Positions 50,311-64,000 of a stretch of 64,000 nt of DNA are shown piece after piece. The notes beneath the pieces were generated by a model. It was given only the letters and a program-made list of their open reading frames with translations. It had not been told where the DNA came from and did no database searches. Each line of letters opens with the position of its first letter. Position 1 is the stretch's first letter. The translations under genes were made by a program, and so were the position numbers. Origin of the DNA: Myxococcota bacterium (GTDB lineage: Bacteria > Myxococcota_A > UBA9042 > PHBI01 > JAWLBL01); assembly GCA_041687695.1 (NCBI GenBank), contig JAWLBL010000004.1, positions 128,001 through 192,000 of the forward strand, written 5' to 3'.

Positions 50311-51297
50311 TCAGGGAGCGAGCTGGCGGGTGAGCTGGGCGCGGTCGATGTAGGCCTCGACGTGGGTGATGCCGCCCGGGCCGAAGCGGACGACGTCGGC
50401 GCCGTGGAAGGCCACCGGGCGGCCCGAGGGGGCCAGCTCGCCCAGGGCCGCGCCGTGGCGGCCGGTGACCACGAAGGGCGCGACCACGTAAGGCCCGATG
50501 GCGACCAGCTCACCCGTGTCGAGGTCGAGCGGGCCGAAGGTCTGGTGGAGCGCGGTGAGCCAGCGCTTGGTCTGCGCGGCGCCCTCGATGCGGGTGCCGT
50601 CGGCACGGTCGAGGCCGACCACCGAGGGCGCGCACAGCGCGTCGATGACGTCGGGGTCGCCGTCCTCCATGCCCTGGTAGAGCGCCACGACCGAGGCCAG
50701 GTGGTCGGCCCGGCCGCGGCCGGCGACGACCTCGGGCGCGTCGGGCCACTCCGGGAGGGCGGAGGCCGGCCCCGAGGCGTCGATCTGGGCCTCGACCGCG
50801 CGTGGGTGCCCATAGGTCGCGACGCGCTGGACGTGCCCGCGGGCGAACGTCAGGACGTGGAGCAGCTCGTAGCCGACCGGCCGGTGGGTGGCGGGGCGGC
50901 CGAGGTAGGGGCCCTGGTGGGTGCCGCGCGCGACCGTCTGCAGGACGACGACCCCGTCGCCGTCGAGGACGCGCCGGACGGCGAGGCGGAGGTCGGGGAA
51001 GGCGGCGCGCTCGGTGCGCCAGCGGGCCATCAGGGCGTCGCGGCCGCGGACGGTCAGGCCCGGGTCGGCGGGGACGGTCCACTCGGCGTCGGGGGCGAAG
51101 GCGGCGGCGGCGTCGGCGAGGTGGCCGTCGTTGAGGGCGTCGACCAGGGCCAGCGCGAGGCCGGCGTCGCCGAGGTCTGCGGGCGCCTCGGCCGGGGCGC
51201 GGTTGGGGGCGGCCTCGCTGGCGGGCGGCGCCGGGCGCGCGCAGGCGAAGGCGGCGAGCAGGGCCGCGAAGGCGAGGGCAAGCGACCGCTCGAACAT
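50311..51297 (-). CDS. Double SnoaL/NTF2-like (ester cyclase) lipoprotein
   Basis: AFAC lipobox; AFPDL, GTHQGPYLG.PAT.R, GRH.A.LG.LAPSGR. Confidence 0.8.
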   Translation of the reverse strand: MFERSLALAFAALLAAFACARPAPPASEAAPNRAPAEAPADLGDAGLALALVDALNDGHLADAAAAFAPDAEWTVPADPGLTVRGRDALMARWRTERAAFPDLRLAVRRVLDGDGVVVLQTVARGTHQGPYLGRPATHRPVGYELLHVLTFARGHVQRVATYGHPRAVEAQIDASGPASALPEWPDAPEVVAGRGRADHLASVVALYQGMEDGDPDVIDALCAPSVVGLDRADGTRIEGAAQTKRWLTALHQTFGPLDLDTGELVAIGPYVVAPFVVTGRHGAALGELAPSGRPVAFHGADVVRFGPGGITHVEAYIDRAQLTRQLAP

Positions 51298-51450
51298 TCG
51301 AGGGGCTCCGGGCCTGACGGGGAGGGGGCGGCCGCGGGCCGGCGACGCGGGTGAAGCGCATCGGCGGGAGGCGCGGCGAGGCTGACCGTGAGTGTGCGGC
51401 GGGCGGCGGCGCGTGTCGACGGTGAAGGCGCGAGCGGCGCCTGTCCCGGC

Positions 51451-52332
51451 TCAGATCATGGAGCGCAGGACGTCGGTGGCCAGATCGCGGCCGGTGGCGC
51501 GCTCGATGCCCTCGAGGCCGGGGCTGCCGTTGACCTCGAGCACGACCCAGCCGTCGTCGGTCGGCAGCAGATCGACGCCGCAGACCGGCAGGCCGATGGC
51601 GGCGGCGGCGCGGGCGGCGAGATCGGCGAGCTCGGGGGTGAGGGTGGCCGGGGCGGCGGCGGCGCCGCGGTGGACGTTGGCGCGGAACTCGCCGTCGGCG
51701 GCGAGGCGCCAGCAGGCGGCCAGGGGCTCGCCGCCGGCCATCAGGACGCGCAGATCGCGCGGGCGGTCCATCATGACGCGGCGCTGGACCAGCACGGTGT
51801 GGCCGAGGCCGACCAGGGCGCCCAGGGTGGACAGGGCGCCGGCGGTGTCGGTGGCGGTCATCACCAGGGTGCCCTGGGTGCCGCGGATGAGCTTGAGCAC
51901 GACCGGCGGGCCGCCGACGGCCTCGAGGGCGTAGGGGATGTGGGCTTGCTCGCGGACGGCGACGGTGGCCAGGGTCGGCAGGCCGGCGGCGGCCAGGCGC
52001 TGGGTGGCGGCGAGCTTGTCACCGGCGAGGCGGATGGCGGCGGCCGGCACGACGCAGCGGGCGCCGGCGTCGACCAGCGCGGTCAGCATGGCGAGCGACC
52101 ACTCGGTCAGGCGCGAGCCGACGCGCGGGACGACCACCTCGGGGACGGGGACCCGCTGGCCGTCGTCGGTCAGGGCGGGGCCGCCGGGGCCGGCGTGGAC
52201 CAGGACCCGGATGGGGTCGATGCGGCGCATGTCCAGGCCCAGCCCGCGGCCGGCCTCGAGCAGGCGCCGGGTGGAGTAGAAGCTCTCTGAGACCGACAGG
52301 ATGGCGGCGCACACGGGGCTGGACGTCGACAT
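51451..52332 (-). CDS. rimK: RimK-family ATP-grasp ligase
   Basis: YSTRRL, DK, GTQG, DLRV, FRANVHRG, GVDL and EVNGSPGLEGIE motifs. Confidence 0.88.
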   Translation of the reverse strand: MSTSSPVCAAILSVSESFYSTRRLLEAGRGLGLDMRRIDPIRVLVHAGPGGPALTDDGQRVPVPEVVVPRVGSRLTEWSLAMLTALVDAGARCVVPAAAIRLAGDKLAATQRLAAAGLPTLATVAVREQAHIPYALEAVGGPPVVLKLIRGTQGTLVMTATDTAGALSTLGALVGLGHTVLVQRRVMMDRPRDLRVLMAGGEPLAACWRLAADGEFRANVHRGAAAAPATLTPELADLAARAAAAIGLPVCGVDLLPTDDGWVVLEVNGSPGLEGIERATGRDLATDVLRSMI

Positions 52333-52409
52333 GGCGCCGCCTTTTAGCCGAGCCCGCGCGCCGCCGCCAGGGGTTGACCGTGGGGAAGCGCGCGCGGGAA
52401 GCTGGGGGC

Positions 52410-52871
52410 ATGCAAGACGAGCCTGGACCCGGGGACGGCATCACCTTCTTCGTGCGGAGCCGTCCCGCGTCAGCCAACAACAGCCGCAAACCGCGCTACC
52501 GCAGCAAGGTGGTAGAGGCGGCGCGTTCCCTCATGACTGACCGAACGCTGTTGCCTGGGCCGCTGTATGCTCGCATCACCTGGATTCACTTCAGGCCCCG
52601 TGAGCAGGACGTCGACAACATCGCCAAGCCCCTGCTCGATGCCCTGAGAGAGGTCGTGTACGAGGACGATCGCTTGATTGAGCAGTGCCTGGTCACCAGT
52701 ATCGATGGCACCGACCTGTCGACCTCGGGCCTCGAGCCGACCGTCGCCGACGCGTTGACACGCTACCTGGAAGAACCCTCCGAACATCTGTTGATGGTCG
52801 AGGTCGGCCGACTCAGGTCGACTCCGCAGCCACGAACAGGTCCTCCCGACGCCCCTTGGAACCAGCCATGA
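52410..52871 (+). CDS. RusA-family endonuclease
   Basis: QDVDNIAKPLLDAL..VVYEDDRLI matches the RusA DxDNxxK...D...DD motif. Confidence 0.82.
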   Translation: MQDEPGPGDGITFFVRSRPASANNSRKPRYRSKVVEAARSLMTDRTLLPGPLYARITWIHFRPREQDVDNIAKPLLDALREVVYEDDRLIEQCLVTSIDGTDLSTSGLEPTVADALTRYLEEPSEHLLMVEVGRLRSTPQPRTGPPDAPWNQP

Positions 52872-53464
52872 ACGCCATCGAGTACCTCGAGAGAGCGCGT
52901 GTCGACGAGCTGGCCGCTGAGCTGGCCGCGCAGGGGTTCTCGGTGCGCCGAGAAGCCGACCTCGACGGGATGCGGTACGACCTCCTGGCGGAGCGACCCG
53001 ATGGCAAGCGGGTCGTCATCGAGGTCATGACTCACGGGCGCAAGCACTCGCCGCCGCTGGCGCAACTCCGCGAGTGGGCGGCGCGTCATGGGATCGACGA
53101 CTTCCGCGTGAGCGTCGTCCAACCGCCGCGCCCGATCGAGGCTGATGTAGAAGGCTTGGAGCTCAAGCTCTGGAGCGTCCTCAACGACGATCCGCCGCCC
53201 GAATTCGATGACCTCCCGGGCGCTGCTCGGGTGACCGAAGTGCACAGCGTCGACGTGAATCGCCTCACCGTCCTGGCGGGGCGGGTCGAAGTCGAAGGTT
53301 CGGCGGTCGTCGAGGTCGAGATCGAACACGACGGGGGTGGAGCACGCGACGGGGTCACGTTCGGCGCGGACTTTCCGTTCGAGTTCGAGCTGACCCTGGG
53401 GCCCGACCTCGCCGTCGTGCGCGCAGTGGTTCGCGTCGACATCAGCTCCTGGTTCGTCGACTGA
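52868..53464 (+). CDS. PD-(D/E)XK-like N-domain + predicted pPIWI-associating nuclease group 2-like C-domain
   Basis: ATGA overlap; YDLLAE...VVIEV; VEGSAVVEVEIE...DFPFEFEL...VDISSWF. Confidence 0.7.
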   Translation: MNAIEYLERARVDELAAELAAQGFSVRREADLDGMRYDLLAERPDGKRVVIEVMTHGRKHSPPLAQLREWAARHGIDDFRVSVVQPPRPIEADVEGLELKLWSVLNDDPPPEFDDLPGAARVTEVHSVDVNRLTVLAGRVEVEGSAVVEVEIEHDGGGARDGVTFGADFPFEFELTLGPDLAVVRAVVRVDISSWFVD

Positions 53465-53465
53465 C

Positions 53466-55220
<1,755 letters not shown>

Positions 55221-55309
55221 GCGGTTAGCTATACCTCGAAACATCGGCCGTGCCGGAGAGAAGGGAACGCCCGGCGGCGTCGACGGGGAGCGGGGAGTCT
55301 GCGTTGCGT

Positions 55310-55350
55310 CGCATGACGCGATGCCCTATCTTGACCCGCCGCGTCATGCG
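55310..55350. promoter_or_regulatory. Perfect 11-bp inverted repeat between the divergent ABC exporter and gltB
   Basis: cgcatgacgcg-N19-cgcgtcatgcg. Confidence 0.5.
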
Positions 55351-55360
55351 TCACGGTTGA

Positions 55361-59971
<4,611 letters not shown>

Positions 59972-59979
59972 GAGGCATC

Positions 59980-61434
<1,455 letters not shown>

Positions 61435-61446
61435 GTCGCGGGAAGC

Positions 61447-61477
61447 GGGCCGCGCCCCCATGCCGGGGACGTGGCCC
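61447..61477. terminator. Hairpin between convergent genes
   Basis: gggccgcgccccc/ggggacgtggccc stem with one mismatch; weak U-tract. Confidence 0.4.
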
Positions 61478-61500
61478 TGTCTCGCGTGGCCGGCCGACGG

Positions 61501-61917
61501 CTACAGCGAGGTCTGCAGGTGGCGCTGCAGGCGCTCGTGGAAGTCGATCGCCTTGGCGCGCTCGAAGTCACCCTCGAAGTCGACCGTGATCACGGTGCGG
61601 CTGGCGCCGAGCGAGCGGATCTCGACCTCGAAGTCCTCGTCGGCGGCCGTGTCCGCCTCGATCTCCAGGTGGTCCGACTCCTGGTCCCAAGCGATGTTGG
61701 TCATCTGGAGCTCTTGCATGGTGAGCTCGATGGCGCGCCGCGCCTGGTCCACCGTGACCGGGTACTCGCGGCTGACGTCGTCGTCGTCCTGCACGACGTA
61801 GCCCGGCGGGGCCTGCGTCGTGGCGGCGACGGAGCGGTCGGAGGCGCAGCCCTGGGCCACGAAGGCCAGACCCACGAGGGCGAGGAGGCCGAGGCCGGCG
61901 GTGAGCAGCTTGTTCAT
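61501..61917 (-). CDS. DUF3568-like lipoprotein (paralog 2)
   Basis: VAQGC lipobox; shares AIELTMQEL and DFHERLQRHLQ with its neighbour. Confidence 0.8.
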   Translation of the reverse strand: MNKLLTAGLGLLALVGLAFVAQGCASDRSVAATTQAPPGYVVQDDDDVSREYPVTVDQARRAIELTMQELQMTNIAWDQESDHLEIEADTAADEDFEVEIRSLGASRTVITVDFEGDFERAKAIDFHERLQRHLQTSL

Positions 61918-61993
61918 GGGCGTTCTCCTGGGCGTGGGGCCCGAGGCGGCCCGGGCGGTGAGGGCGCGGGCCGGTGATGGGGAGGCCTGGCTC

Positions 61994-62410
61994 CTACAGC
62001 TCGCGCTGCAGGTGGCGCTGGAGGCGCTCATGGAAGTCCACGGCGCGCTCCTCGTCGGCGAAGCGCTCGATCTTGACGGTGATCTCGGTCTGGCCGGCCG
62101 AGACCTGCCGGATCTCCACCTCGACCGGCTCGTTCTCGGCGGTCCGCGCCTCGATCTCGAGGTGTCCGGGATCCTGGTCGTAGACCACGTTGAACATGCC
62201 GAGCTCCTGCATGGTGAGCTCGATGGCCCGCTGCGCCTGGGCGGGCGTCGCGGTGTAGGTGCGGCTGACGTTGCCGTCCTGGTAGCTGTAGGCGGCGGCG
62301 CCGGCGGCAGCGCCCGCGCCGAGGGCGGCGGCGGCGCAGCCCTGCGCGACGAGGCCCAGCCCGGCGAGGAGCGACAGGCCGAGCATGGCTCGATGGATGG
62401 ATGCCTTCAT
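61994..62410 (-). CDS. DUF3568-like lipoprotein (paralog 1)
   Basis: VAQGCAAAALGAGAAAGAAAYSY..G pattern typical of DUF3568. Confidence 0.82.
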   Translation of the reverse strand: MKASIHRAMLGLSLLAGLGLVAQGCAAAALGAGAAAGAAAYSYQDGNVSRTYTATPAQAQRAIELTMQELGMFNVVYDQDPGHLEIEARTAENEPVEVEIRQVSAGQTEITVKIERFADEERAVDFHERLQRHLQREL

Positions 62411-62628
62411 CAAGGGCTCCTGAGGGGACTCCGCTCGACACGTCCGCCGGGTCGCGGAGGGGCCGCGGCGGGTTGGATCGCCGCAGGCCCGGGGCGGCGC
62501 GGCGACGACGGCGATCGGAGGCGTGGGTGTCGTGAGGTGGCGCCCGGAGGGTCGAGGCGACGGCCGGGCGGACCGGACGCCCGACGGCGCCCGGTCGTAA
62601 ATAGACGTAGGTCCGCGGACTTAGGACG

Positions 62629-64000
62629 TCAACCGGCCGCCTGGTGCGCCGCCGTCCCGTCCGCGAGCAGCAAGGCCCGGCCCGAAGTGACCTGATCCTT
62701 GCTGCCGAGCAGGAGCAGCTCGTCACCCGCGTAGAGCGCCTCGTCCGGGCTCGGGTTGATGACGTCGTCGCCCGAGGCGCGGCGGATGGCGACGATGGTG
62801 GCGCCGGTCGCGCTGCGCACGGCCAGCTCGCGGATGAGGCGGCCGGCCGCGGGGCCCTCGGGCGCGAGGGTCAGGCGCTCGAGCACGGCGCCGCGCAGCA
62901 TGGTCTCGAGGTGAGGCGCCACCTCGTCGGGCGGCTCTTCGGGCGAGGCGGCGAGGGTCTCGTCGAGCAGCTCGCCCGCGCGGTCGTAGGCCTCGAGCAG
63001 GCGGGCGCGGTTGCGCCAGGCGATGGCGGCGATGACGACGACGAAGAGGAGGAGGATCCAGCCGCCGGGCAGCAGGGGCACGCTGAGGGCCAGCGTCATG
63101 AGGGCGAGCAGCACGAGGCCGGTCGCGAAGACGGTGACGCGCACGACGACGGCGCCGTCGCCCGAGGGATCCTGGGGCGAGGCGAGCTGGGCGAGGAGGG
63201 TGGCCAGCTCGCGCAGGCGGCGGAGGATGGCGAGGTAGAGCGGCAGCGAGGCGGAGACGGCGCCGAGCCAGACGAGGCCGGAGGGGCCGCCCAGCCAGCT
63301 GGGCACGGGCAGGTAGGGGGCGACGAGGGGGGCGGCGAAGGCGGCGGCCAGGAAGATGGCGACGATGAAGGCGGCGTTGACGCCCGAGGCGAACAGGAGG
63401 TGCTGGATGCGGGCGCGGGCGGCGCCGGCCTCCATCTCGGCGCGCAGGCGGCGGACGCGGCGGCGGTAGACCTCGAGCCAGTCGAGGGCGACGCGGGGGG
63501 CGCGGCGTTCGATGAGGCTGGCGAGGGCGTCGGACGAGCGGACGAGGTAGGGGTTGGCGAGGGCGGAGAGGGCCGAGACGCCGACGGCGAGCGGGTAGAG
63601 GAAGTCGCTGGTGACGCCGAGGCTGACGCCGAGGCCGGCGATGATGAAGGAGAACTCGCCGATCTGGGCGAGGCTGATGCCGACCTTGAGCGAGGTGCGG
63701 AGATCCTGGCCGGACAGGAGGGTGCCGACCGTGCAGGTCAGGATCTTGCCCAGGATGACGGTCGCGGTGATGGCGAGGACGGGGACGGCGTGCTCCCACA
63801 GGAGGGCGGGGTCGATGAGCATGCCGATGGCGACGAAGAAGACGGCGCTGAAAAGATCGCGGACGGGGGCGGTGATCTCCTCGACGCGGTGGCGGTGGCG
63901 CGACTCGCGCATGACGGCGCCGATGATGAAGGCGCCGAGGGCGACGGAGTAGTCGAGGCGGGCGGCGAGCAGGGCGACGCCGAAGCACAGGCCCAGGATG
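62629..64000 (-). CDS. CPA2 cation:proton antiporter with C-terminal TrkA-C (RCK-C) domain; 5' end outside window
   Basis: ALGAFIIG, RDLFSAVFFVAIG, AQIGEFSFII and GATIVAIRR...NPSP motifs. Confidence 0.9.
   Translation of the reverse strand, partial: ILGLCFGVALLAARLDYSVALGAFIIGAVMRESRHRHRVEEITAPVRDLFSAVFFVAIGMLIDPALLWEHAVPVLAITATVILGKILTCTVGTLLSGQDLRTSLKVGISLAQIGEFSFIIAGLGVSLGVTSDFLYPLAVGVSALSALANPYLVRSSDALASLIERRAPRVALDWLEVYRRRVRRLRAEMEAGAARARIQHLLFASGVNAAFIVAIFLAAAFAAPLVAPYLPVPSWLGGPSGLVWLGAVSASLPLYLAILRRLRELATLLAQLASPQDPSGDGAVVVRVTVFATGLVLLALMTLALSVPLLPGGWILLLFVVVIAAIAWRNRARLLEAYDRAGELLDETLAASPEEPPDEVAPHLETMLRGAVLERLTLAPEGPAAGRLIRELAVRSATGATIVAIRRASGDDVINPSPDEALYAGDELLLLGSKDQVTSGRALLLADGTAAHQAAG

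Overview
Very GC-rich bacterial DNA with a Myxococcota-like gene repertoire: Cys-rich lipoproteins, HEAT-repeat proteins, a Ser/Thr kinase + PEGA pair and a MYXO-CTERM-like tail. This taxonomic call is inferred from gene content. About 47 CDS are densely packed, with partial genes at both ends. Recognisable housekeeping genes are adenosine deaminase, carbamate kinase + ornithine carbamoyltransferase, pgsA, a RimK-family ligase, an ABC exporter, gltB/gltD and a CPA2 antiporter. Between them lie many secreted or lipoprotein hydrolases (GH18, GH13, lipase-like, M48, rhomboid). No rRNA, tRNA, CRISPR array, integrase or transposase was seen. Top candidates for something new: (1) a compositionally atypical two-gene cassette encoding a SIR2-like domain fused to a GAF-like domain plus a coupled 68-aa protein (48016-49856); (2) a second atypical two-gene cassette encoding a RusA-like nuclease and a PD-(D/E)XK-like/pPIWI-associated-nuclease-like fusion (52410-53464); (3) a coupled pair of paralogous GNAT-like unknowns after the kinase operon; (4) a structured candidate sRNA at about 33267-33380. 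All family assignments come from reading motifs by eye; no database search was run. Start codons are best guesses.
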